A stretch of 64,000 nucleotides of DNA, taken from the NCBI GenBank assembly GCA_965219575.1, contig OZ244779.1:1868769-1932768 (forward strand), read 5' to 3'. The notes beneath the pieces were generated by a model. That model saw only the letters and a list, made by a program, of their open reading frames with translations, made no database searches and was not told where the DNA came from. Within the stretch, counting starts at the first letter, position 1; every line of letters starts with the position of its first letter. The position numbers and the translations under genes were made by a program. Shown here one piece after another: positions 9,670 through 19,814 of this stretch. The stretch is from Candidatus Oxydemutatoraceae bacterium. GTDB taxonomy: Bacteria > Pseudomonadota > Gammaproteobacteria > Poriferisulfidales > Oxydemutatoraceae.

Positions 9670-10656
9670 CTAGTCAACCCCCTCATAAAACTTCTTTTTG
9701 ATCTCCTGCAGTGTTAAACGTTTTTTTTTCATTGCGTGAATCTGTTTTATACGTTTAATCGTATCGGAGTCGTATAGCTGATATCCCGCTTCGGTAACTT
9801 CGGCAACTTCAAGCAATCCCTTTTTTGTCCAATATCTAATAGTAGAATTTTTTTCGGATACTTTCCTAGCCAATTCTCCGATTTTTAACAGCTTCGTCTC
9901 ATAATCAATCACCGCACTTTCACCTTGAGCCGCTTTGAGATAAATATCTAAAGAACGATTTATCGCCTTAGCGATGAGCCTCAAATAATCGTTCTTAGAA
10001 CCGCCCGTCTGTGCTTTCTCTAACGCTGTTATATAAGCTAAACGGTCTCGTTTTGCGATAATCGCCGGTGGATAACCCGTCATCAATAAAATCATATTCA
10101 TCATTAGTCTGGCAGTTCTACCGTTGCCGTCTACGAAAGGGTGTATACTCACCAAACGATAATGCGCCTCCGCCGCCAAATCTATCGGGTGGATGTTGTT
10201 TGCCGTCTTAATCCATTTTATAAATTCGGTCATTAGGTCCGGTACTTTGATTGGATTAGGCAACACAACCGTAGAACCGGATATACGTACTGCTACCGTA
10301 CGGTAACAACCGGCATTAGCATCATCTATTCCTCGTAGGATCGTATTGTGTATTTGCAAAATATCTCTCTGTTTGAAGCTACCGGGTTTGCGGTTGATTT
10401 GCTCATGCACCCAATCCAATGCGCAGGCATGGTTTGTAGCTTCCAAATGTTCAGCCAACGATCTGCCTCCGACCGTCAAACCCTTCTCAACTACCAAAGC
10501 AGTCTCACGGCGCGTCAAGGTGTTACCCTCAATCGCATTGCTGGTGTAAGTCAGTTCTACTCGAAACCAATCCTCTAAATTTCGAACCAGTACGTTCGGT
10601 AACGGACGGAACCGATCGAGCTGCCGCTTTTTTTCTGTGAGTAGTTCATAATTCAT
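9670..10656 (-). CDS. Fic family AMPylase with C-terminal MerR-type HTH
   Basis: HPFVDGNGRTAR active site; SNAIEGN inhibitory helix; C-terminal LKIGELA...STIRYWTKKGLL...GYQLY. Start at 10656 or 10692. Confidence 0.85.
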   Translation of the reverse strand: MNYELLTEKKRQLDRFRPLPNVLVRNLEDWFRVELTYTSNAIEGNTLTRRETALVVEKGLTVGGRSLAEHLEATNHACALDWVHEQINRKPGSFKQRDILQIHNTILRGIDDANAGCYRTVAVRISGSTVVLPNPIKVPDLMTEFIKWIKTANNIHPIDLAAEAHYRLVSIHPFVDGNGRTARLMMNMILLMTGYPPAIIAKRDRLAYITALEKAQTGGSKNDYLRLIAKAINRSLDIYLKAAQGESAVIDYETKLLKIGELARKVSEKNSTIRYWTKKGLLEVAEVTEAGYQLYDSDTIKRIKQIHAMKKKRLTLQEIKKKFYEGVD

Positions 10657-10709
10657 AGGATAAACCATAAACCATAAAGTTATGGTTGTCAATATCTTAA
10701 ATTTATAAC

Positions 10710-11513
10710 TTATTGTAAATAGCTTTTTTTAGCGTATGAAGACAAGGAAAGTATTACTATAAATAGCACTGCAGCCATTGCAACAATAGACGGACTCGAA
10801 GGGGTATCAAATTGAATAGAAGCGTAAATCCCGCCGACAACGGCAATCATACCGAGTACAGAGGAAGTTAATGCCATCGCCTCGGGTGATCTTACGAGCT
10901 GTTTGGCGGTTGCGGCCGGGATAATTAACATGGAGGTAATCAGAAGAATTCCTACGACGCGAATAGAAACGGCAACGACAATAGTCATCAGAAGCATAAG
11001 CAAAAGGTGCATTAAAAATACCCGAACATTGTCTGCGATAGCTAAATCTTCATCGATGGTCATCAATACCAAAGACTCCCAATTCAACAGCAGTAGCGTT
11101 AAAACAATCCCACCACCAATATAAATCCACCACAGTTCTTCTATGGCTACGGTTAGAATGTCGCCGAACAAATAAGCATGCAAATCAACGCGCTGCTCCA
11201 GCGTGCCGATAACGATAATGCCTACGGATAGTGCCGAGTGTGCTAGGATGCCGAGTAATGTATCGGTAGCCAATACTTTTTTTTGTTGCAACCAAAGCAA
11301 CAACAAAGCAAAAGTAAAACAAACAATAATCGTGGTGATATTCGTGCCTAAACCGGTAGCCAATCCCATTGCGATTCCCAGCAAAGCACTGTGTGCTAAA
11401 GAATCACCGAAATACGCCATACGTCGCCAGACCACGAAACAACCGATCGTGCCGGCGATAATCGCAACACCGATACCCGCAGCTAATGCGCGAAGAATAA
11501 ACGGTTCAGACAC
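10710..11513 (-). CDS. znuB: Zinc ABC transporter permease
   Basis: GCFVVWRRMAYFGDSLAH, YLFGDIL, VGILLITSMLIIPAATA. Confidence 0.93.
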   Translation of the reverse strand: MSEPFILRALAAGIGVAIIAGTIGCFVVWRRMAYFGDSLAHSALLGIAMGLATGLGTNITTIIVCFTFALLLLWLQQKKVLATDTLLGILAHSALSVGIIVIGTLEQRVDLHAYLFGDILTVAIEELWWIYIGGGIVLTLLLLNWESLVLMTIDEDLAIADNVRVFLMHLLLMLLMTIVVAVSIRVVGILLITSMLIIPAATAKQLVRSPEAMALTSSVLGMIAVVGGIYASIQFDTPSSPSIVAMAAVLFIVILSLSSYAKKSYLQ

Positions 11514-12234
11514 GATAGTCGTGTTCGTGTATATGATTATGGCTATGCTGATAAACCGAGACCATCTTCGCCATATCGCGTCCGAACAAAGAAATAAACT
11601 CCGGATCTTTGGTTACCGCTTGCGGTTCTCCGGAGCAGCAGATATGATGAAAAAGACAAATGACTTGCTTTGTCGATGCCATCACCAAATGCAAATCGTG
11701 CGACACCATCAGAATACTCAGAGGACGACTCGCATAAATCTTCTCCAATAAACTATAGAAAGCGAGTTGTCCGGAAATGTCCAAGTTTTGCGCCGGTTCG
11801 TCCAATACCAATAATTCCGGATCATTTAACAAACTTCGAGCCAGCAGTACGCGCTGCAATTCGCCACTGGAAAGCACCGACAACGGGCTGGCCACGAGCT
11901 TTACTATATTGGTTTCGTGTAATACCCTTTGAAGTTGTGAAACATCGATGCGCTTTCGTAGACGCAGGAATCGACCTACGGTGATAGGCATACTACGCTC
12001 AAAACTAAGATTCTGCGGCATATACCCGATTCTTAACCCACCAGATCGTTCTATGGTTCCGGCATCGGCTCGGTAAAAACCCAATAAACATTTGAGCAAC
12101 ATCGACTTGCCGGCACCGTTCGGGCCTATCACGGTAATAAAATCTCGCTCGCCTACGCTAAGAGATACATCTTTGAGGATATATTTTTTTCGCTTAAGAA
12201 CGCTAATACGCTTGGCTTCTATCAATACATTCAT
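11506..12234 (-). CDS. znuC: Zinc ABC transporter ATP-binding protein
   Basis: GPNGAGKS, LSSGELQR, LDEP, HHICCSGEP, His-rich tail. Confidence 0.93.
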   Translation of the reverse strand: MNVLIEAKRISVLKRKKYILKDVSLSVGERDFITVIGPNGAGKSMLLKCLLGFYRADAGTIERSGGLRIGYMPQNLSFERSMPITVGRFLRLRKRIDVSQLQRVLHETNIVKLVASPLSVLSSGELQRVLLARSLLNDPELLVLDEPAQNLDISGQLAFYSLLEKIYASRPLSILMVSHDLHLVMASTKQVICLFHHICCSGEPQAVTKDPEFISLFGRDMAKMVSVYQHSHNHIHEHDYRV

Positions 12235-12235
12235 A

Positions 12236-12697
12236 TTATTTTTTCATGCAGCCACTACACTTGCCGTTAATCTCCAGCGTAGTATGATGCAGGCTGAATT
12301 GATTTTTGCCGGTAGTCTCGACAACGGCATCGTGTATCACTTGGTCACAATACTCTCTGACTTCATGACATTCACTGCATATCAAAAAATAACATCCCTC
12401 ATGTTTGCCCGGATGAGAACATCCTACATAGGCATTTAGGCTTTCCAGCTTATGAACGAAACCCTGTTCCATAAGAAAATCCAGAGTGCGATAAACCGTC
12501 GGAGGTTTGGCCGAATAATCCATATCTTTCAATTTATCTAAGATGCCATAGGCTTTGGTGGGCTTATCGCTTGCCCATATCATTTCCAGTACTTTACGCC
12601 TTAAGTCTGTAAAACGAAGCCCCTTACCTTCACATATCCGTTCCGCCTCACTCATTGCGTTGCGAATACAATTTTTACGCGAGAGACATTTATCCAT
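12236..12697 (-). CDS. zur: Zinc uptake regulator (Fur family)
   Basis: PPTVYRTLDFL, CxxC pairs; context between znuA and znuC. Confidence 0.9.
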   Translation of the reverse strand: MDKCLSRKNCIRNAMSEAERICEGKGLRFTDLRRKVLEMIWASDKPTKAYGILDKLKDMDYSAKPPTVYRTLDFLMEQGFVHKLESLNAYVGCSHPGKHEGCYFLICSECHEVREYCDQVIHDAVVETTGKNQFSLHHTTLEINGKCSGCMKK

Positions 12698-12728
12698 TGT
12701 TCATTATTGAATTGACTTGCTTAAGTAA

Positions 12729-12745
12729 ATGTTATAGTATAACAT
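12729..12745. promoter_or_regulatory. Zur box
   Basis: Perfect palindrome ATGTTATA-G-TATAACAT between the divergent zur and znuA genes. Confidence 0.9.
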
Positions 12746-12784
12746 ACCGATCGGATGAATGAACAAATAGTCGGAGTGTTAATC

Positions 12785-13798
12785 ATGATAAAAAAAGAGT
12801 TTACATTATTTTTTGCTTTATTGATAGCGTGGTCGGCAACCGCAACAGAAATAGAATCTAATAGCGTAATCGTTACGATTAAGCCGTTACACTCTTTGGT
12901 TGCAGGAGTAATCGGAGACACCGGAAAGGTGGAATTATTAGTTGACGGGGCTGTGTCTCCTCATCATATGCAGTTAAAGCCTTCTCAAATCAAAAGCATG
13001 CAAGAAGCGCATATTATCTTTTATATAGATGATAGCTTTGAGACATTTCTTACACACATTTTTGATATTCTACCGGACGATGTATTAAAAGTGTCGATGG
13101 TAGACAACGCAGAATTAATGTTGCTACCCTATCGCAAAGGGACGGATTGGGAAGTACATGACCACCACGGGAACGAACACGATGCCCATGACCACCACGC
13201 AGACGACCACGATGCACACGACCACTATGCAGACGAGCATAAGGCACATGACGAACACGAGGCGCATGAAAATTACGATATGCATGTATGGCTAGATCCA
13301 AAAAACGCTCAAAAGATGGTTGCACTAATCGCCGATACACTGAGTGCCGTACATCCCGAACACCGTGATACCTATAAAGCAAACGCGCAAGGGTTGATGA
13401 AAAAAATAGATCGCTTGAATGTAGAGCTAAAGACGGAACTTTCCCCAATACAAAACAAACCTTTTATCGTGTTTCACGACGCATATCAATACTTTGAACA
13501 CGCTTATGGATTAAACGGCGTAGGGTCTATTATATTTGAGGGAAGTGAGTCGCTGTCGCCGGTGCGTATTAAATCGGTGCGCGAAAAATTGCAGCGTACC
13601 GGAGCTACTTGCGTTTTCAGCGAACCGCAATTTCCCGCTCGCCCAATACAGACAATCGCCGAAGGTTTTGATATTAAGGTCTCGGTACTGGATCCGCTGG
13701 GTGCGGAATTACCCAACGACGAAAACCTATACTTCGGGTTACTCGACGATCTAGCACACAACTTAACACAATGCTTGATGTCTGAAAACAAAGATTAA
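12785..13798 (+). CDS. znuA: Zinc ABC transporter substrate-binding protein
   Basis: Signal peptide, TIKPLHSL, SPHH, His/Asp-rich loop, HVWLDP, FHDAYQYFE, DPLG; GGAG RBS favours the ATG at 12785. Confidence 0.93.
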   Translation: MIKKEFTLFFALLIAWSATATEIESNSVIVTIKPLHSLVAGVIGDTGKVELLVDGAVSPHHMQLKPSQIKSMQEAHIIFYIDDSFETFLTHIFDILPDDVLKVSMVDNAELMLLPYRKGTDWEVHDHHGNEHDAHDHHADDHDAHDHYADEHKAHDEHEAHENYDMHVWLDPKNAQKMVALIADTLSAVHPEHRDTYKANAQGLMKKIDRLNVELKTELSPIQNKPFIVFHDAYQYFEHAYGLNGVGSIIFEGSESLSPVRIKSVREKLQRTGATCVFSEPQFPARPIQTIAEGFDIKVSVLDPLGAELPNDENLYFGLLDDLAHNLTQCLMSENKD

Positions 13799-13888
13799 GC
13801 AACTATACGCTCTGTTAAAAATAGAATTGCCGATTGAGTAGATCAAACGAGGCGATGTTGTACAAAACCACGATATAAGCTACAAAAT

Positions 13889-13927
13889 GTAGGGGCAGAC
13901 TACAATGTCTGCACTAAAGTACCGTTC
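13889..13927 (+). repeat. GTAG-type REP-like hairpin (empty form)
   Basis: GTAG-GGGCAGAC-tacaat-GTCTGCAC followed by taaagtaccgttc, the same flank found reversed at 40542-40568 and 47229-47250. Confidence 0.65.
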
Positions 13928-14108
13928 GCTACGGATAATGCGTTTATCCACCAATTTATAATAACTACCCATAGAAGCAGACTAAATGGTATAACATACC
14001 TATTAGATTAATCAATATTGAGGTACTACACGGTATTAAGAAATTACAGTTCAAAGCATCAATAAACAATCTACCATTTAGTAAGACCTGCTAAAATACT
14101 TGCCGACA

Positions 14109-15509
14109 ATGACTATAGAATTAACAAAAGATCGGATTAAAAACTTAAAAACAGAGAAGGCTTATAACCTTTCGAGTCTCTTTTTGGACAATACTAAACC
14201 CAAAGAAGTTCTTTTTATATTGCAAAACCTAGGTCATCTGTCTACTAATTTCGACGATAGTTGTATCTTGCCTTTGGTAACCGATAAAAACCAGAAGATC
14301 GGTCTTTGGTCAATTAAAATATTAGGCAAAACCAAAAAAATAAAAAACCTACGCGTGTTAGAAAAAGTAGCATATCGGGATACATCAACCGAGGTTAGAA
14401 GAGAAGCAATTTCCTCTATCGGTAGAATCAAGGATAAAGTGATTATTCCTACTCTAATCAAATTTCTTAACGACGATGATCCTAAAATTGTTTTGCAAAC
14501 AATTAGAGGGCTTCTAACTTTCAGGACAGAACCTGAAGTCTGCCATGTACTTAAGAAATGTGCAACACATCCCAATGAAACGGTACAGAAAGTCATTAAA
14601 AAAGAGTTTCTATCGGAAAATAAAACTATACCTAGAGAACAAAACCACCCCCAATCTTATCCTTTCTTAAAAAATGTAGTCGTGTTGGGCGATGTGAGAA
14701 AGACATTGAAATATGTGCCCGATGAGAGTTTTCATCTCACTTTTACATCGCCACCATACTATAACGCGAGAGATTACTCTATCTACAAAAGTTATCGTGA
14801 GTACTTAGATTTTTTGGAAGAGGTTTTTTTCCTAACTTATAACAAAACCAAAGAAGGTCGTTTTCTAATAGTCAATACATCACCAATTATTATTCCCAGA
14901 GTAAGCCGTCGGTATTCCAGCAAGCGATACCCCATACCCTTTGACATTCATAATTTTTTAGTCCCGATGGGTTGGGATTTCATAGACAATATCGTCTGGG
15001 TGAAACCTGAATCCAGCGTCAAAAATAGAAATGCAGGCTTTTTACAACATAGAAAACCACTTGCATATAAACCCAATACCGTAACCGAATATCTAATGGT
15101 CTATAGAAAAAAAAGCGACAAATTAATAGACTGGAATATCCACCAATACGACTCGGATACCGTTAACGATAGTAAAGTCAAAGATGGTTATGAAACATCC
15201 AATGTGTGGGAAATTGACCCCAAACATAACAAAATTCATTCGGCAGTTTTCCCCGACAGTTTATGCAAACGAGTCATAGAATATTATTCCTTCAAAAATG
15301 ATTTAGTATTTGACCCGTTCGCCGGAAGCGGCACTTTCGGCAGAGTGGCTAAGTGCCTTAATAGATTTTTTTTCCTTACCGAAAAAGAATCCAAGTATTT
15401 CGATTATATAAAAGCCTCTTTTTCTAAAGAGGGCACTTTGTTTGAGAAAGAAGAAAAGAGAAACTCCTTTCTATGTCTGGATGAATTTAAGAACACCCTT
15501 AAAAAATGA
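14109..15509 (+). CDS. N4-cytosine/N6-adenine DNA methyltransferase (beta class) with N-terminal HEAT-like repeats
   Basis: TSPPY precedes DPFAGSGT; N-terminal EVRREAISSIGRI...LIKFLNDDDPKIVLQTIRGL. Confidence 0.88.
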   Translation: MTIELTKDRIKNLKTEKAYNLSSLFLDNTKPKEVLFILQNLGHLSTNFDDSCILPLVTDKNQKIGLWSIKILGKTKKIKNLRVLEKVAYRDTSTEVRREAISSIGRIKDKVIIPTLIKFLNDDDPKIVLQTIRGLLTFRTEPEVCHVLKKCATHPNETVQKVIKKEFLSENKTIPREQNHPQSYPFLKNVVVLGDVRKTLKYVPDESFHLTFTSPPYYNARDYSIYKSYREYLDFLEEVFFLTYNKTKEGRFLIVNTSPIIIPRVSRRYSSKRYPIPFDIHNFLVPMGWDFIDNIVWVKPESSVKNRNAGFLQHRKPLAYKPNTVTEYLMVYRKKSDKLIDWNIHQYDSDTVNDSKVKDGYETSNVWEIDPKHNKIHSAVFPDSLCKRVIEYYSFKNDLVFDPFAGSGTFGRVAKCLNRFFFLTEKESKYFDYIKASFSKEGTLFEKEEKRNSFLCLDEFKNTLKK

Positions 15510-16423
15510 CACTAAGCGAACAAATTGCAAAAAATATAATAAAAAAACTACTTAAAAGTGAAGACTATAGAACAGAGATTATTAGCCTTATAGACGCTAA
15601 TTTCCTTCGCTTTGCGATAACATTTTTCAAAAAAATAATAGATGCCAAACTCAATAGCAAAAATATAACTACAGATTGGTATAAAGAAGAACTTCTTAAC
15701 GCTACGCTTCCATCGGAAGAGCTAGCGATAAACTCCGGTTTGAACATGAAAACTATAGACAATATGCTTAATTCTAGCCGCAGAGAAATAGTAATAGACG
15801 CAGCCGATGCTCATTATGATACCTTGTGTGAACTAATTGAAACTCTTATTGATTCCGAAGACGGAATGGAATTGAAACTAACCTTAAAGTTTAAGGATGT
15901 CAGCGTTGAACTCAATGTCAATGAAACTCTAATAGTCATTAACACGCTTGCCGTAAAAAGATCTGCCATACGGGGTGGGTTTTGGAGTGCCGCCGAAAAA
16001 AGAGTTGAGAAACCTCTAATGCAAACCTTATGTAAGTTGTACAACGTTCCGTCCGAAAATTACCGAATTGATACCTTAAATGTAAATAGCCAAGATGGTT
16101 TTGATAGAGAAATTGACTTTTATTTAGTGCGAGGAAATGAGGAGTTCAAGTGTGAGGTAAAGTTGATGGGCAAAGGAAATCCTGAAGTTGCAGATGCAGT
16201 CATAGCAAGAGATAGTAATGTTTTCGTAGCCGATAAACTTTCGGATACTAATAAAGCACAGTTAGACAGTCTCGGCGTGGAATGGGTCGCATTAAGGGAT
16301 ACTCATGGCTTTAGAAAATTCGGTGCTGTATTGAAAAAACTTAAGATTTCTTTCACCGACAATAATTTTGACAATCTAGACTTCCGTATTGAAAAAATAT
16401 TTGACGAGATATTCGTTAATTAA
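15506..16423 (+). CDS. Type II restriction endonuclease, probably CfrBI family
   Basis: ATGA overlap with the MTase; PD-(D/E)xK core REIDF...CEVKLMGKGNPE. The family call is from memory of CfrBI-like sequences. Confidence 0.72.
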   Translation: MTLSEQIAKNIIKKLLKSEDYRTEIISLIDANFLRFAITFFKKIIDAKLNSKNITTDWYKEELLNATLPSEELAINSGLNMKTIDNMLNSSRREIVIDAADAHYDTLCELIETLIDSEDGMELKLTLKFKDVSVELNVNETLIVINTLAVKRSAIRGGFWSAAEKRVEKPLMQTLCKLYNVPSENYRIDTLNVNSQDGFDREIDFYLVRGNEEFKCEVKLMGKGNPEVADAVIARDSNVFVADKLSDTNKAQLDSLGVEWVALRDTHGFRKFGAVLKKLKISFTDNNFDNLDFRIEKIFDEIFVN

Positions 16424-16466
16424 ACATAAGCTGTTAACCGGAAAAATTGCCGTAAAATAATCTCTT

Positions 16467-17558
16467 ATGGAGATGAATGCGCTTGCCGATAAGATTAAAC
16501 GATGGGGCATAGAACTCGGCTTTTCCGATGTCGGTTTCGCCAATACCGAATTGCACGGTTATGAACTCAAGCTACTGGAATGGTTGAACGACGGAATGCA
16601 CGGTGAGATGCATTTTATGGAAAAACACGGCAACAAGCGCAGTAGACCCGAAAAATTAATCGACGGTACCGTTAGCATCATATCGGTGCGCATGAATTAT
16701 CTCGATAAGGATGCTACGGATGCGGATACGGTATTAAAGCAACCCGAAAAAGCGTATATTTCCCGCTATGCCTTGGGGCGCGATTACCACAAGTTGATAC
16801 GCAAAAGATTACAGCGGCTCGCCGATAAAATTACCCAGGCGATCGGACCTTTTGCATACCGCGCATTCAGCGATAGCGCACCGGTATTGGAAAAGCCGCT
16901 TGCCGAACAAGCCGCACTCGGTTGGATCGGCAAGCACACGCTACTGCTCAATCGCTCTGCCGGTTCGTGGTTTTTCTTAGGAGAGCTGTATACGAATTTG
17001 GCACTCCCACCGTCTACCCCGACGACAAATCACTGCGGGAGCTGTGAACGTTGCATGGACATATGTCCGACTCGGGCTATCGTCGCACCCTATAAACTGG
17101 ATGCACGACGTTGTATCGCCTATTTAACGATAGAACTTAAGGGTTCTATCCCGGTAGAGTTGCGTCCTCTAATGGGCAATCGCATATTCGGTTGCGACGA
17201 TTGCCAGCTGGTTTGCCCGTGGAACCGTTATGCGTACTATTCCACCGAAGAAAAATTTCGCACACTACATAATCTGGATTCGGTAGATTTGATAGAACTA
17301 TTTTCATGGAGCGAACAAATGTTTTGCGACAGATTGGCAGGGTCGGTTATTAAACGTAGCGGTTATGAAAGTTGGCTCAGAAATATCGCAGTGGCACTCG
17401 GTAATGCACCCGGTAGCGATGAAGTCATACGAGCTTTGAAAACACGCCTGCACCATCCTTCCGAGATCGTTCGTGAGCATGTACTATGGGGCATCGCACA
17501 ACATACTCGGAATACCGATGCTAAGTGTTCTCCTCGCGCCACGCCAGATATTTATTGA
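16467..17558 (+). CDS. queG: Epoxyqueuosine reductase
   Basis: SRYALGRDYH, DSAPVLEK, CGSCERCMDICPT, FGCDDCQLVCPWN. Confidence 0.95.
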   Translation: MEMNALADKIKRWGIELGFSDVGFANTELHGYELKLLEWLNDGMHGEMHFMEKHGNKRSRPEKLIDGTVSIISVRMNYLDKDATDADTVLKQPEKAYISRYALGRDYHKLIRKRLQRLADKITQAIGPFAYRAFSDSAPVLEKPLAEQAALGWIGKHTLLLNRSAGSWFFLGELYTNLALPPSTPTTNHCGSCERCMDICPTRAIVAPYKLDARRCIAYLTIELKGSIPVELRPLMGNRIFGCDDCQLVCPWNRYAYYSTEEKFRTLHNLDSVDLIELFSWSEQMFCDRLAGSVIKRSGYESWLRNIAVALGNAPGSDEVIRALKTRLHHPSEIVREHVLWGIAQHTRNTDAKCSPRATPDIY

Positions 17559-19128
17559 TCAGGCCACGGGTCGAAGCGTCCAATGAGGTCATCACATCAC
17601 TTTTATCTTCGCTCGGATTGTTTTGCAAGCAATCAAAAACTCGGCTCGCGAGTTGCTTTCCTTGTTCCACCCCCCACTGGTCGAAAGAATTAATCCCCCA
17701 AATCAAGCCCTCGCAAAATACTTTGTGTTCGTACAATGCAATTAACGAACCCAACGTGTGCGGGCTCAGTTTGCGAAGCATAATCGTATTGTTCGGCCGA
17801 TCTCCCGGACACTCACGCTCGGATGCACCGTCCTGTACGCCCTGCATCAACGCATGAGACTGAGCAAAACAACTTGCATGAGGCCAAGCCCTCCCGTCGG
17901 TTTTATTAGCGATACCGTCGGTGTCGGCGGTCACGATAAAATCAATCGGGATTAACCGCGTGCCTTGATGCAAAAGTTGGTAATATGCGTGCTGTCCGTC
18001 CAGGGCTTTTCCACCCCATATCACCGGAGCAGTATCGCAATCGAGCTTCTGCCCGTATCTATCGACTCGTTTGCCGTTGCTTTCCATTTCCACCTGCTGC
18101 AAATAATCGGGTAATAGTTCCAAGCGAGTGTCGTAACACAACACGGCATGGCTTTGTGCATCGTGAAAATTGTTATACCAAATGCCGAGCAAAGCTAGAA
18201 TAACCGGCATATTCTTCTCCGGTTCGGTGGTTTGGAAGTGCCGATCCATTCGGTAAGCACCGGCCAGTAATTGTTCGTATGTCTCCATGCCCAAGTTCAC
18301 CGCAAGCGGTAATCCCGCTGCCGAACACAAAGAATAACGACCGCCTATCGTAGTCGGCATCGCTAAGCAATGCTCGGGTGCGATACCGAACTCAACAGCT
18401 CGGGCAGGCTCGGCTGTCACCGCAAACATCCGATTTTCTGCACCATCGCCCAGCCAAGTTTTAGCATAGCTTGCATTCATCAAGGTTTCTCGGGTTTTGA
18501 ATTTCTTGGAAATGACGATAAAACAGGTATGTTCGGGGTTTAACTCGGACAGCAAAGACTCTAATTCCCCGCAACCTACCGTAGAAACAAAATGAACTCT
18601 AGAGGGTGTTTGCTTATACGCCGCTAGAGCCTGACTTGCCATCGCCGGACCGATATGCGACCCCCCTATGCCCAGACTGACGACATCTGTAATCGTTTGT
18701 CCGCTAGCACGATGCGGAACCGCACCGGACAATTCCAAACATAATTCTTGCATTCGTTGTTTGGTTGCAATAATCTCGGTGTTCAAATCATCGGTATTCG
18801 GTTCATCCGAGCCGTTGCGAGGTTGGCGCAAGACGGTATGCAACGCCGCCTGTTTTTCACTTAGATTGATTTCGTCGCCTTTGAATAACCGCACTCGCCA
18901 ATCTATAAAATCCGACGAGTTCAATAATTCCACCAATAGCTTTACGGTCTCGTCGGTAAATTTATTTTTTGAATAATCCAGAAATAGGTCATGTACCTCT
19001 ATCGAGTATTTATCAAAACGTTCGCGGTCTTGTGCGAATAGATCGTGTAATCGCATCGATTGCGATTGCGCATGGTGCGCCTTTAATTTTTTCAGGATGT
19101 TCGTTTGTTGACTGGAATATGGCTTCAT
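17521..19128 (-). CDS. pgi: Glucose-6-phosphate isomerase
   Basis: GIGGS, GGRYS, EMESNGK, FDQWGVEQGK. Confidence 0.93.
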   Translation of the reverse strand: MKPYSSQQTNILKKLKAHHAQSQSMRLHDLFAQDRERFDKYSIEVHDLFLDYSKNKFTDETVKLLVELLNSSDFIDWRVRLFKGDEINLSEKQAALHTVLRQPRNGSDEPNTDDLNTEIIATKQRMQELCLELSGAVPHRASGQTITDVVSLGIGGSHIGPAMASQALAAYKQTPSRVHFVSTVGCGELESLLSELNPEHTCFIVISKKFKTRETLMNASYAKTWLGDGAENRMFAVTAEPARAVEFGIAPEHCLAMPTTIGGRYSLCSAAGLPLAVNLGMETYEQLLAGAYRMDRHFQTTEPEKNMPVILALLGIWYNNFHDAQSHAVLCYDTRLELLPDYLQQVEMESNGKRVDRYGQKLDCDTAPVIWGGKALDGQHAYYQLLHQGTRLIPIDFIVTADTDGIANKTDGRAWPHASCFAQSHALMQGVQDGASERECPGDRPNNTIMLRKLSPHTLGSLIALYEHKVFCEGLIWGINSFDQWGVEQGKQLASRVFDCLQNNPSEDKSDVMTSLDASTRGLINKYLAWREENT

Positions 19129-19227
19129 TTTGTATTGTGTTGTGCAAAGCCGATAGCTTAAACGATTAATGAGCTTTGCGCTTTATCACGGTTATTATAC
19201 AAAAGATAACCGATACTATTGATTAAA

Positions 19228-19809
19228 TTAGATAGATCTATAGGGGCTATGGCAGTAGTATTTAGGCCTGTTATCCAATCTGATATGCAACCACGCTACA
19301 CCACCGCCTGCGGTGTTCAGCCATCTGGGTGTATTATCCAAATGTGTCGCAACCAGCCGACCGACTCGTTGCCACAATGCGTGATTTTGATAATCGGGCG
19401 CATGTCTGCTAAATACCGCCAAATGACCGTAGGCAAAGACTTCGACTTTAGGGCACGGAGCTACCAACCAAGCGTCTTTACCCAAGTTAGGAAATGCAAC
19501 TACATCTTTATCCGAAAAATAACCTGCAAATGCATCTGCATCGGGAAGTATGTCCAATCCCGGGCTATCTATTATCACAAACTCAAAAGGACGATGCACG
19601 GTGTCCGAACTCAGCGGCGGTGTCTCCCAACGATAAGCGATATATTCAATACTTGATAAGAAGCCGATATAGAAGGTTCTGAAAATTTCGCTTTGCTGCC
19701 ATGAGGCGATCACCGAATGATAACTCATTACGGCACCTTCCTTTAATATACATACCTTTAGTCCACCTTTAGTACCGACCTCGTTTACACGGGTTTCAAA
19801 CAGATCCAT
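19228..19809 (-). CDS. Conserved hypothetical protein (DUF6940-like)
   Basis: WETPP, FPNLGKDA, WLNTAGGGVAWLHIRLD.RPKYY motifs. Confidence 0.65.
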   Translation of the reverse strand: MDLFETRVNEVGTKGGLKVCILKEGAVMSYHSVIASWQQSEIFRTFYIGFLSSIEYIAYRWETPPLSSDTVHRPFEFVIIDSPGLDILPDADAFAGYFSDKDVVAFPNLGKDAWLVAPCPKVEVFAYGHLAVFSRHAPDYQNHALWQRVGRLVATHLDNTPRWLNTAGGGVAWLHIRLDNRPKYYCHSPYRSI

Positions 19810-19814
19810 TTCCC

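Noticed and set aside
8144-10692. Intact prophage
   Set aside because: No replication, structural, lysis or integrase genes are present.
13150-13275. His/Asp-rich short repeats in znuA
   Set aside because: This is the normal variable metal-binding loop of ZnuA.
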